Shown: positions 51,201 through 63,109 of the stretch, piece by piece | How positions within the stretch are numbered: position 1 is the first letter of the stretch | How the letters are laid out: each line of letters starts with the position of its first letter | NCBI GenBank assembly: GCA_001949185.1 | Contig: BDGG01000002.1 | Span: 2,663,826 to 2,727,825 of the forward strand | Length of the DNA stretch: 64,000 bases | DNA from: Ramazzottius varieornatus | Lineage: Eukaryota; Animalia; Tardigrada | Direction: 5' to 3' | The notes under the pieces: generated by a model | The model's database searches: none | What the model saw: the letters and a program-made list of their open reading frames with translations, nothing else | Told to the model about the DNA's origin: nothing | Position numbers and translations under genes: made by a program

Positions 51201-53632
51201 AAAAAAAGATTGCTATCGAGAAACAGAAAACGAAGTGAACAAGTTGGAAAAAGATGAAATTTACCCGTCAGGAGCAAAGGGGGTGATCTTCAGCTTATAC
51301 TCGTCCGAGCTTTGCGGGACTTCCACGAACTCTACGCATCCTTTCATATTCTGCATAACAGTTTTGATGGCGCCCTCTACGACGCCTCTTTCGGCACTTG
51401 CTGCAAAATAACCAAATCAGCTCAGATTTTCAACTGGAAATGGGTGGAGTGGTAGGCTGGTCGGTGTGTGCAAGGTGACTTACTGTATGCTTTGTCGATG
51501 TAATAGGGAACGGTATTATCAGGCCATTTCTTGTACTTGGGATCAGCGTTGATTACCCGGAAGTGTTCGCCACCCATGCGTGGCTTCCGACGAGCATTGT
51601 AGACTCCTGTACCAAATGATCCTGCTTCAAGTTTTTCCGGAAGCGAACAAAGACATGGCAAAAGCTTCTGAGCTTGCAATACGCCAGAAAATTTAGTAAA
51701 GTGAAGACTGATCGTTTACCAGAAAACTTTCTACCGGACGACCAATAAAGCGCCGCAGACCATGCGCTTGATTGGTTGATCATTTCAATACGGTGTATGA
51801 CTCGATGAAATTTAACTTCCGTTTTTCTAAGGTATTTGCGTGAATATTTCCTCCCCATGGCGCTCAGATCTTTACCTGCAACAATGGAGCAAGTCGTTTT
51901 GGACGCATCTCTGTCCAGCGTAGTCGGGCTAAGTGTGGTCTTGACAGAAAACTCCGTGGGAGCTTGGGTGTTCGGAACCGAGTAGCAGATTGTCGTTTCC
52001 TTGTCGGAAGAAGTGACTGATGTGATCACGGAAGTGAGCGATGACTGTGTGGAGAACGGCACAGGTGCCGGTGGCTGAGTCACTGCAGGTGGCATAGCGG
52101 GACGAACTTGAGCAGCGCAGTCCACTTGAACAAACAACAAGTCAGCATACATACACAGTATCAATATTCACAAAGTTGTCAGTTGAAATATTCATGGACA
52201 AAGATGAACATGCACTTACAAGGTGAGCACTCCTTCGCGTTACATCCGTATCCAGCTGATATCTCCTGACAGTCGCATTCCGATAGTCGGTCCAGCTGAG
52301 GTATGAAGAAGGGCGGCTGCTTGACCGTGAAGGCTGGACCATTAGCGGCGAAATCCGCCTCGATGTTGTGGGTGATGCTACAGTAATCGTAAGGGCAGAC
52401 CATCAAAGCTTCTTCGGTGGAGTATTTCCGGTACCCGAATTCCAGCATACCTGAAGGGCGGGAATATCGTTTTGGACTTTAGCGAATGAATCTATTGATA
52501 ACTAGCAGTCCAGTCGGGTTCTTGGTCCCTGCTCTAACGTCCTCCACTCACGGGTCCTACGCACGAAATCTGATTTAACTGAGCTTGTACTCAGCGTCTA
52601 ATCAGCTTTCTGATTTCTGATTTTGGCAGGTTTGCCATGAAACTGGCATAAAGTCCAGGTGCAACCTGCTATCGTGAAATCAGCTTTTTTTCTGACGAAC
52701 TAGCGATCCGGCTAGGCTGGTAGATCATTTTCTCAATAAGCGCATGTTTTTAGCCAGTAACAATGGGGAAGTGCGCCACTTGAGACGACGATCTGGTTCA
52801 GTTACTGTCCCAGTCTACAGTAGCTCAGCAAACTTAAGGTTCAGAAGTGGGTTTACGATACCGGGTAGAACATAGTTGCGTTGAATTTCGATGTAGTTGT
52901 CACGATCCGGTCGCTGATGTACGTTTCGAAGTCCGAGGAGTAGTCCGAAGAACTTCATGACTCTGTGTATTGAGCCGTCATCAAGACAGCCACTCTTTCC
53001 TCGTGCAAGAACGGCTCGTTGTTCGAGAGCGCCACTGGCCTTTCCGGCCGCGTACACTCCGGGATACGTGTAGCAGAAGCTTTCTGGTGTGACACTACGA
53101 GAAATTAGAGGATGTAAGATTGATTTGCCGAAGGTTTTTTTGAAGGTGGAAAACATTACCCGTCATTTTGGAATGGTGTGATCTTGACCTTGTAGCGCGG
53201 GTCGGAGGCCGGAACTTCGACGAAGATCACACAGTTGTGAATGTCCGAGACAACCCGCAGGATACTCATACGAATCAGCTGCTCTTCCTGTAACGTATAC
53301 CCGGGGTCTATGTAAAAGTAGACTTTGTTGTTGGGCCATTTTTTGATCTGTTGATTCTGGTTGTAGACCCGAGTTTTAAACGGTGTCATTCGTCTTCGGA
53401 AATCCTCAAAGTCGTCGGCTACAGAACGAAAAAGTGGTTGTTAGTGCGCGAATTGAATTTTCCTACCAAGAAAATTCGTAGAAAGCTTCAATTCTTGGTG
53501 ACTTGCGGATGCGTTCAAGACAAATGTTGACGTATTGAGACTTCGCATACCAGACTTCACCGCTGAGACCTGCACATCCAACCATAAAGCAAAGTAAATC
53601 ATCGAAACAACGAGGTCCCTTTTTCTGACCAT
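48208..53632 (-). CDS. Secreted multidomain protein B: signal peptide, two non-catalytic astacin-like domains, Ser/Thr mucin-like tract, C-terminal hemopexin-like domain
   Basis: ATG 53632 starts a hydrophobic leader. Phase-compatible exons give KKWPNNKVYFYID..GLRNVHQRPDRD..YDYCSITHN, a linker, KKWPDNTVPYYID..GKRTEHQRPDRD..YDLCSVTHN, a ~300-aa S/T tract and then NPC..KLLMFRGACAVEY..LIQGC*. The junction 49656>49299 is inferred. Confidence 0.78.
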
Positions 53633-53989
53633 CTTTGAGCGTGCCTTTTCAAAGGACCAGTTCAACCCGTAAGAGATCGTAACGTGTGAGTCTTCCGAAG
53701 CGAATTATTGAAGTTGATTGTAACCGCTTTGGACTCCAACGAGAAGACAAAACTTTTCTCCTACCTCCGGGAACAGAGAACATTCACGGAATATTATGCA
53801 ACATGTTCGTGCTTGAAGAACACTTTAACTAACCGGATAGTGAACTGTGGAAACCATATAAAGCATGCAGTAGCTCATCAATAAACACTTCAACACTAAA
53901 ATTTCAAGTGAAGTCGCAAAGAGGCAAGCAATAATTTAGAAAGCAACAGCAGGAAACAAACTTAACAAGCATCGAAAGCGCAGTCAGTT

Positions 53990-56900
53990 TCAGTTCAGAT
54001 GGCGAGCTCTGTTTTTGCTGGCGGCAGTGGTACCAGCGCAACAACGTTTAATTCTTTCTAGACCGGGTATGAAATCCACTGGTGGGCTAGCCGGTGTGAC
54101 TTCGGGTACCGGTGTCGCTAAGTTTGGATCATGCTCTGGCGTCATCTCCTGAAAGATGGCATCGGTGGGCGTCGTATTCTCTGCCGTCGTGGTAGCGGTG
54201 CTCGAGGTTCCAGTATTTGGGGTAGTTGGCGCAGTCGTGGTGGTTACGGAAGACGAAGCGCTGCTCACCATGGTGAACTCAGAAGGAACTGGAGGAGTCG
54301 TAGACGGTATGGTACTGGGAGAGGTGTTGGATGGTTGCGGGCTGGCGGTCATCTCAGGTGTTGGAACCTCAGTCGATGGAACCAGAGGAGTCGTAGACGG
54401 TATGGTACTGGGAGAGGTGTTGGATGGTTGCGGGCTGGCGGTCATCTCAGGTGTTGGAACCTCAGTCGAAAGAACCGGAGGATTTGTCTGAATGGTAGCG
54501 GCGCTGGTCCGTCCTGAGGCAGGAGAAACATCTGACGTTGTAGAAGTCATCCGACTAGCTGTGATCTGCGTCATTCCTTGCGGTGCGTTGGGGACATCGT
54601 TTTTACCTATGGAGCCTGTCGCCGGTTTGGATGGCAGTGAATCCGTGGTGATGGAACCAATGGTCACTGTGGTAGTGGAAGCGGCTTGACTTACGACGGT
54701 AGTCTGTTGCGATGTGATTGGTTGTTGCTCCGAAACGGCTGTAGGAAAAACGGCTGGCTCGGGTTCGGCAAGCCGGGAGACTCCCGATATCGTGCTACTG
54801 CTGGCATCAACAGTGGTCGGCGTAGCCGGAGTTGTAGTAGTGGGTGTGGTGGAAGATATCGTGCTGTCAGGGCTCGAAGCTGGGCTGGAAGCTGGGCTTG
54901 AAACTGGACTTGAAGTAGCACCAGTTGTACCATCTGGAAAAGAACATGAAAGTAATGAAAGTACGCGGTAAAGAACGACCAGAATATGGTCAATTGATGC
55001 TTCACCGATGAGATCGACTGCACTGTTGAAATGTGAAGCGACAGCGGAAATAACTTTGTCAATAGCAGATTTTGTTCGATGATTGTGTTCATTGAAACAG
55101 ATCAGTTCGATAAGAGAGGCAGTACTGCATTACGGAGTACACTTTAATCGTAAACTTTTCAGAACCATGATGTGAGTCTGCATGACGTACTAAAGGATAA
55201 AGCGAATTGCAAAAAGCAGGGAGATACGTCAAACTAATTCGTTATTTTCCGCAGTGTGTACACTAATGCTTTGCTGTTGTTTTACCGGTTGAGGCAGAAG
55301 TTGTCGCCGCATCCGAGGTCGATTGATCTGAACTCGCAGAGGACCCCGTGCTCGTCTTGTCCGTAGCAGCCGACGACGTTTCACTCGGTGGTGCAGGGCC
55401 GTCGCCTCCCAGTGGTACATCCGGCAACGGTGGTGCGACTTCTGGAGCCTTCGAGCTCGTTGAATCGGCACCGGGCTTCGACGGGGTGGACTTGCCGTCG
55501 GAAGGAAGACCACTTGGAGCAGCGGTCGAGGCTGTTGTGGGCTCCTCCATTCCACCACCTGCACCACTTGGGCCACCACTGGAAGCCGCACTGGACGAAG
55601 CAGAGGGTGTCGTTGAGTCTCCAGCACTACTGGAGCCGGATGTCGATCCGTCCTTGGGAGTTGTCGATTGTCCTGCTTGGGGTTTTTCAGAGCCTCCACT
55701 TCCCCCGCTACTGGAGCCTGAACTGGAAGGCATAGTAAGAGTTGTTGGTCCACTGCTTCCAGCTGAAGAATCTGCGGGCGTGCTTTCACCTTTACCAGTC
55801 GAGCCACTTGAGCCGCCTGAGGAACCAGATGATGCCATAGAGTCACCCGGCTTGGTCGGACCCGATGGTGTTGTGGCCGAGCTAGAGTCACCAGCGGACG
55901 ATGATGCCCCGCCACCGTCACCCGGTTTCGTCGAGCCTGTGCTAGAGTCAGATCCTCCTGAACCTCCAGAGGACCCGGGGCACGCCGAAGTGGGACCGCT
56001 GGAGCCGCCACCTGATGCAGTGCTATCACCTGCGCTGGAGCTACCAGATGACCCGGTACTAGGCGTGGTACTATCTTCTGGTTTGGTACTGCCACTTGAT
56101 CCCGAGCTACCACCCGGAGCGGTACTTGGTGTGGTACTATCACCAGCTGCAGTGCTGCCACCTGCGCTTGAGCTTTCAGATGACCCGGTACTATCTCCTG
56201 GTTTGGTACTGCCACTTGATCCTGAGCTACCACCTGGAGCGGTACTTGGTGTAGTACTATCACCAGCTGCAGTGCTGCCACCTGCGCTTGAGCTTTCAGA
56301 TGACCCGGTACTATCTCCTGGTTTGGTACTGCCACTTGATCCTGAGCTACCACCTGGAGCGGTACTTGGTGTAGTACTATCACCAGCTGCAGTGCTGCCA
56401 CCTGCGCTTGAGCTTTCAGATGACCCGGTACTATCTCCTGGTTTGGTACTGCCACTTGATCCTGAGCTACCACCTGGAGCGGTACTTGGTGTAGTACTAT
56501 CACCAGCTGCAGTGCTGCCACCTGCGCTCGAGCTACCAGATGACCCGGTACTAGGCGTGGTACTGTCTCCCGGTTTAGTGCTGCCACTTGATCCCGAGCT
56601 ACCACCCGGAGCGGTACTTGGTGTGGTACTATCACCAGCTGCAGTGCTGCCACCTGCGCTCGAGCTACCAGATGACCCGGTACTAGGCGTGGTACTGTCT
56701 CCCGGTTTAGTGCTGCCACTTGATCCCGAGCTACCACCCGGAGCGGTACTTGGTGTGGTACTATCACCAGCTGCAGTGCTGCCACTGGAGCCTCCGCTCA
56801 GAGAAGTGCTTCCGCCAGGTCCAGCAGATGATGAATCGGACGAGTTCGCGCCTGGAGAAGTCATGCCGTCCGACGAACCACTGCTTCCAGATGAAGCCGA

Positions 56901-59900
56901 GGGCGCCGTGGTTGATCCATCGGAAGAACCAGAGGACCCGGAAGAGTTCGAAGGAGCCCCTGATGACGCAGGTGTAGTAGAGCTACCATTCGAGCTGGTA
57001 CCAGTTGACGACGCACTGGAACTACCACCAGCGCCACCTGCGGGCGTGGACGATCCATCACTGCTACCACCAGGTGACATGGTGGTGAGTGTGCCGTTCG
57101 ATCCTCCTTGAGACGTAGTCTGGTTCTGCATGCAAGGGCATACGAAAGGCGTGGAGCTGCCTCCAGGACTCACGGTTGTAGGGCTCGATTCGTTGCCACC
57201 GGCGAAGGTTGGGAAGACAGGGGACATTGGAGTGGTGGGCACGTCGCCGCCACCTGGCGCGCATGTGGTAGTTGCGACTGTCATGAAGGTGGTCGGTGTT
57301 GAAGCTCCATCGCCGCTGCCAATGGCAGGGGTCATGTCACCGGGGAATGTGGTGGAGAAGGTGGTAGGTGTGGTGACGGGTGGCATCTCGTAGCAAACGG
57401 TCGACATACCGGCTGGGGAGGTAATCACGGTGGTCGGGATGGACGTCATAGTGGTGGTCATGGGGGTTTGAGGTACCCCGGTGACGATCTGCGGGGTGGG
57501 GCCTTGTGTCATAGTGGTGGTCATGAGGGTTTGTGGTACACCGGTGATGATCTGCGGGGTGGGGCCTTGTGGTAAACCTGACGAGGGCGTGGTGGTCATC
57601 ATACCATTCATCGGCTGACCGGGTTCCGCTGGCTTCTGCATGGCGGCGCAATTCGCTACACGGCAAAAAGGTTCACTGTCAGATACTATTGGTTTCATAA
57701 AAGTCAGACAATGTCAAAATTTCGATGATGAGTGGCTTACTCGGCATGCATCGTTCGGCAGGGCAGCCATAAACTACACTAAGTTCTTTGCAGTCACATT
57801 CGGACAGTTGGTCGACACGAGGAATGAAGTACGGTGGCTGGAGGACTTGAAAGACAGGGGTGCCAGGGCTGATCGAGTAATCGTCGATCTTGTTGTGCGT
57901 GATGGAACAGTAGTCGTACGCGCAAGGAAGCGACGAGTTTTTTTGAGTGTATTTCTGGTAGGCGATCTGCAGGTTTGGTCGGACGTTACCGGTGTTGACG
58001 GATATGAACTGATCGCGGTCCGGACGCTGATGGACGTTGCGAAGACCCAACACGATCGAGAAACTGCAACACCACACAAGGAATGAAAAATAGTCCCGTT
58101 TCCTCAAGGTGAGAGATTAACCCTACAATTTCATCAGAGGATGAAGTGTTCCATCAAAGCATCCATCAGGCCCGCCAGTCAAAACCATATCTTGTTCGGT
58201 CCTTCCTGACTGCAGGAAGCCTTTGTAAGCGCCTGGGTAAGAGTGACAAGTCTTTAAGGCAGGATTGGCACTATAGAAAAAGGGAAAACGTTACATGGAT
58301 GACCGTACGTAACTTCGCTCCTGACTGTCACAGAACAGTACTACTCCTTTTCGGTAGGCTTACGTTTGGATGGAGCCAGTGCTGGGTGTGATTTTTATCT
58401 TGTACAGCGGGCTACTAGCGTCGACTTCCGTAAACTTAACACATCCATTCAGGTCGCTCATCACTTTGGCCATGGCTGCTTTGATCATCGCCTTATCCTG
58501 TTCACCTAAGAAAAAAAACAATACACTTCACTTTAGCCATAAGAGAACTTCACGTTCAATGTCAGTAGACTTCCGGTACGACATACTGTACGACGCATCC
58601 ATGTAGTAGTAGACGGTATTCTGGGGCCACTTCAAAAAGTTCGGGTCAGCATTGACGATTCTGAAGTGCCAGGCTTTGTGTCGTTGATCACGTGCTTTGC
58701 CACTGGCTTCGCTGGGCATCGTCACCGCTCCGGTGGTTGTTATTGCGCACTGAGCTCCCGGTGAACTATTCGCTCCACCACCTGCCGAAGAGCCGCCCAG
58801 GCTACCCGAGCCCGCCGTGCTTCCTGAACTTCCACCTAATCCCGACGAAAAGCCACCATGCCAGCTGGTGCCAGGACCTAATAGGTTGCCCGGTCTGGAT
58901 CCGGAATTCATGGAACCTGCCGAAGGGCCCGAACTTCCAAACGAACCACTGGATCCCGATCCAGCTCCTGAACCAGAACCACTAAAAAGACACCACAATA
59001 AAAATCCTTAAACCGAAATCTGACTTGAAATATATGTTGTTACTATGTATTTATTTCTTTATCAATGACGAGTTAATCCAGGTGTCTGAAAGCAACGTCT
59101 TTTCTACCTCTGTCCTGACGCAGCTGGTGTCGTCGACGAAGAGCCCAGACTACTGCTGGAACCTGCGCTCGAGCTTCCGGAAGAGGGAGCAGTTGAGCCA
59201 CCTCCCCAGAACCCATTAGGCATGATGGCAGTAGTGACTGATCCACCGGCAGATATAGGTGGTCCGCTGAAGCAGATCGTGTTACTACCGGCACCCGTCG
59301 GCACAGTGGTCTGCATTCCGCCCGCTGACGACATGATGATAGGTGGCGTCATGGATGGAACCGGAGTCTGCATGCCGGAGTTCATGTTGCTCATGGGAAG
59401 CGGGCCGGGCTGTGAGGAGATGGGCGTTGTGGTAGCTAGAGGTTGGCTAGGCGGTTGAGTCTGCGGGGTTGGTGGCGTCTGGATGGGACCTGAGGGGACC
59501 GCCGGTGAGGTGTTGCTTTCTGACACGGGAATGTTCATGTCGCTAGAGACAGCTTGTCCGCCCATGCTTTGCGGGGTGGTGGCTGTGGTGGTAGTCGGCG
59601 TTGGTCTTTGCTGGGAAGCGCAGTCGACTAGCGTAAAAAAGCTGGGTCAGTATCGCTACTATGTCACGCCTAAGTCTCTCAGAAAAAAATCACAGCATTT
59701 GCAGTTTATTTTACAGGGCGTTAATTTTCACTTCTCACCACCTCTGGCAACGCGCCAAGGATATACTGTAACGAACAAAGAACCGGCTTACCTTTTTCGC
59801 ACTGGCTGCTGGCACAACCGTACATGGTACTCAATTCCTGGCAGTCACACGTGCTGAGCTTATCCAGTTTGGGGATGAAACCGGGTGGTCCCATCACCGT

Positions 59901-60898
59901 GAAAGCTTGCATGCCTTCCTTGGCGTAGTCGGTGGGCTGGTTGTGGGTAATGCTGCAATAGTCGTAAGGACAGGCCGCGAATGCTTCGGAACCATCGTAC
60001 AGCTTGTACGCCATCTTCATGTCTGTAGGAAACCAACCATTTTCAGAATCCCCGTCACAGAAGAAAACCGTAATGTGAAGTCTCGTGTTCCAGGTTCACC
60101 GTCTGTCTTACCGTCCTGAAGAGCTGCGTCGTTCATTTGAATATAACTATCTCGATTCGGCCGCTGATGTTCATTCCTTTTTCCCAGAACTGTAAGACAA
60201 TCGTTTTAGGATTTCATGACAAAGGAGTATTCATGACCGAGAAATATCCCGTTTTACCCAGAGCAAAGTATTTCATGAGCGAATGCAGGCTTCCGTCAAA
60301 GCAGCCGCTTTTTCCTCTTGCAAGAACCAGGTTCTGCTCGTTCGTTCCCATCTCGGGACCTTTCGCTAGCTTGCCAGGAAACGTGTAGCATTTCCCTTCT
60401 GGAGCTCTGAAAATAACATTGCTCACATCTATGATGTCCAGCGTAGATCTTAGGCCATAATGTACCCGGGAGATTGCGTGGGTGTGATGCTGACTTTGTA
60501 CTCCGGCGAGTCTTTCGACACTTCCTTGAATTTGATGCATCGCTTCAGTTGCATCATAACCGCGAGCATAGCCTGTCTGATTAGCGCCTGTTCCGTGGGA
60601 CCTGAAATGGTTGACACCTTTCAGAGACATTCGAAAAGTGGGACCAGGAAGTTTTCGACTAACTGTAGCTAGGGTCGATGTAGAACGGAACTTCGTTGTT
60701 TGTCCATGGTACGAAATTCTGGTTCATGTTGATCAGTCGAGTATGTCGTTCAGGCTGCATCATGACACCGTTCACGTTGACTGGAATAATAAATAAAAAT
60801 TAGACATTGATCCAGCCGAAATTATCCGTATGAATTGATTCACCGAAGGTGAGAACACACGTCAGCGTAAATAAGAATAGCATTCGGAGTTTCTCCAT
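53990..60898 (-). CDS. Secreted multidomain protein A: signal peptide, two non-catalytic astacin-like domains, very long Ser/Gly/Thr/Pro repeat tail
   Basis: ATG 60898 starts MEKLRMLFLFTLTCVLTF|VNVNG. Domain 1: VPWTNNEVPFYID..GKRNEHQRPNRD..YDYCSITHN. A P/T/S/G linker follows. Domain 2: LKWPQNTVYYYMD..GLRNVHQRPDRD..YDYCSITHN. An ~800-aa repeat exon splices (ACC G|gtaaaa..ttccag|AT) to a last S/T/P exon ending at 53990. Confidence 0.8.
54289..54468. repeat. Coding tandem duplication, 81-bp unit
   Basis: Two near-identical copies encoding STEVPTPEMTASPQPSNTSPSTIPSTTP. Confidence 0.85.
56020..56785. repeat. Coding minisatellite of 120-bp and 132-bp units in gene A
   Basis: Lines 56161-56520 repeat with a period of 120 and are almost identical. 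The flanking units carry a 12-bp (TPST) insert. The unit encodes GGSTAAGDSTTPSTAPGGSSGSSGSTKPGDST(TPST)GSS(G/E)SSSA. Confidence 0.95.
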
Positions 60899-61711
60899 CT
60901 TCCGACTGTTCCTCAATGACAACCCTACGAATGCCAAGAATGATTGCTCAATAATAGGGAATTTCAATCGCAGCTCGGATGGATGTACCTGTTGCGGATG
61001 CGACTTCGTTCGAAATACCCAAGTCCGGCCTTGTGGACCTTCCACAGCTAAGTCGTGATGGCGATCACGAGTACCAGAAGTGTCTAGCCAAGCAGAAACG
61101 TGCCAATTTTTACGACTGATCCACTTTTTTAGAGAGGATGTCGCATATCGTTCTTTTTCGACGAAACTTTTGCTAGCTCCATGTTATCGATAAACACTGC
61201 GAACAATCGACGCTTAGACATGTTTCCACCAACAAAGAGCTTTACAACTTTATGAGTTCATCCTCACGAACCCGTAGCGAGGATTTGGCGCCCTCTGTCG
61301 AACCCAAGCCTTCATGCGCTTCGGTAAACCGAGTTCAACGGCCTCGCTTGAGTGGAATCTTCTTTCTAGTTCGTCTGGAGAACCGTCATATTTTCCTTTG
61401 TTTAATGCTGGAATGTTGCCTATCTGATCGTTAACGGACCATTGTCCAGTCTATCGGGTGAAACCAGCTGTCGATGTTTAGCCTTCGACGAACAGATGGC
61501 ATTACGGATAACATTCCGTACCCTGCGATGAGTAAACAACGATGTACAGTACTTGATGACGAACATTTGCTCCGAGCGCTCAGCTGTGCCCTTAGGTGCA
61601 GCAGTTCCACAAATGATGTCATTTTAGCATGTTTATTGGACAGATTGAGAAACGCTTCTGCTCTCTAATTTTATGAAGATTGATCTACACCGAAAATCCA
61701 TCGATCGAGGA

Positions 61712-62896
61712 ATGGTCATGAGTCCGGTCATCTTCGCTATACTCTTGGCATTATGCTTGACCGGCGCCGAAAGCATCTTGGTCTCCGGGAAAGCGTCCAC
61801 TAAAAATCTGGAGCAGACTAATATCACGCTAGACATCGCCTTGTTCAAGCGAATCAACCTGCCCGGAAAGTTTGCAGGTGAAGTTTCAAAATTTGTCCGT
61901 TTTCTTAACAACTAAAGAGGTATTTTCCAGGTCAGTTTCAGGAACACATGAACATTTGTTCGTTTCTTTTTTCTGCAGACTGCCAAGAGATTCAGGATGC
62001 CGGTCACCGGATTAACGGCGTGTACAAGCTGCACATTAACGGAACCGTCAAGGCACGTCAATTATTTCATCCTATCCAGTGTTTTATCATAGGAAACCGT
62101 CTCCTTTTTGGCCTCAGTGGATCTGTGCTTTGTTTCTTTCCCAGGAAGTAGGATGCTTTCTGAGTGGCGCACCCGCCTGGACCATCTTCCAAGCCCGCTA
62201 CAAAGGCGACACCGATTTCAACCGTCGTCTGGTGGAGTACGCCAATGGATTTGGTAACGTTAGTGGCGACCACTGGCTCGGACTCAACACCATTCGGCAT
62301 CTCGTGGAACTGGGTACGTTGATATCCATCCTGTGTGTGCAAACGCAAAAATAATATAGAAAATTGCCGTGTCTGGACGGCACATGGAAAAGGCTGAACA
62401 AGTACACCTCATCAACATGCGAGGCAAATCAGGCTAAAAGCTCGATGTGGCATTAGTTTCACTTCTCCAATGCTGTCAGACTGCAGGCAGTGAGGTTTGG
62501 TTTTTCGCAGGTAACAATCAGCTGCAGATCGTCATGCAGTCCTGGCCTCCAAGTCAGACCGTCATCGCGACGTACGGTTCCTTCGGTATCGGGACTCAGG
62601 ATCAAGGTTGGCCCCTGTCGGTCGGAAGCTACAGCGGACCGGTGGCGGACGACATGAGCTACAGCAACGGTCGAGTCTTCTACACGTCCGACGTTCCGGA
62701 CCCCAACCAATGTGCGGTCCACCAACGCGGAGGCTGGTGGTTCAATTATTGCTCTTACGCCTTTTTCAACGGTCGCTATTACCGCGGTGGACGTTACGCA
62801 CCAACTTCCTCGTTCTACGATGGGATTTACTGGAAAGACTGGCTGGGTTATGATTACTCGCTGTACTCAGTCACCATGGCCGTTGGCCATCGTTGA
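61712..62896 (+). CDS. Secreted fibrinogen-related domain protein (FReD/FREP, ficolin/angiopoietin-like)
   Basis: Signal peptide MVMSPVIFAILLALCLTGAES. Motifs DCQEI..NGVY, WTIFQAR..DFNR..EYANGFG..DHWLGL, CAVHQRGGWWFNYC..FNGRY and DGIYWKDW. Four exons. Confidence 0.93.
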
Positions 62897-63109
62897 TTCT
62901 TTGTCCTCTCTTCCGCGATTCAGAGCGTGGTTTTTCAGAATTGCAACCGAATATTTTGAGCATGGGACGAAACTTCCCCAGCGTTTATTTCATTAGCATC
63001 GATAATACAGTTTCTGTAACGCAATGCGATTTCGAATGGAGAAATTGAAGGAAACGCACTGAAGTCTTTCTACGGATACTTGGCATGAAAAAAGTCCAAA
63101 TCGGGTTTC

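Noticed and set aside
55229-57111. Long ORFs 55348-57111 (+, 587 aa) and 55229-56785 (-, 518 aa)
   Set aside because: These are antisense and alternate-frame shadows of the stop-poor Ser/Gly/Thr repeat exon of gene A.
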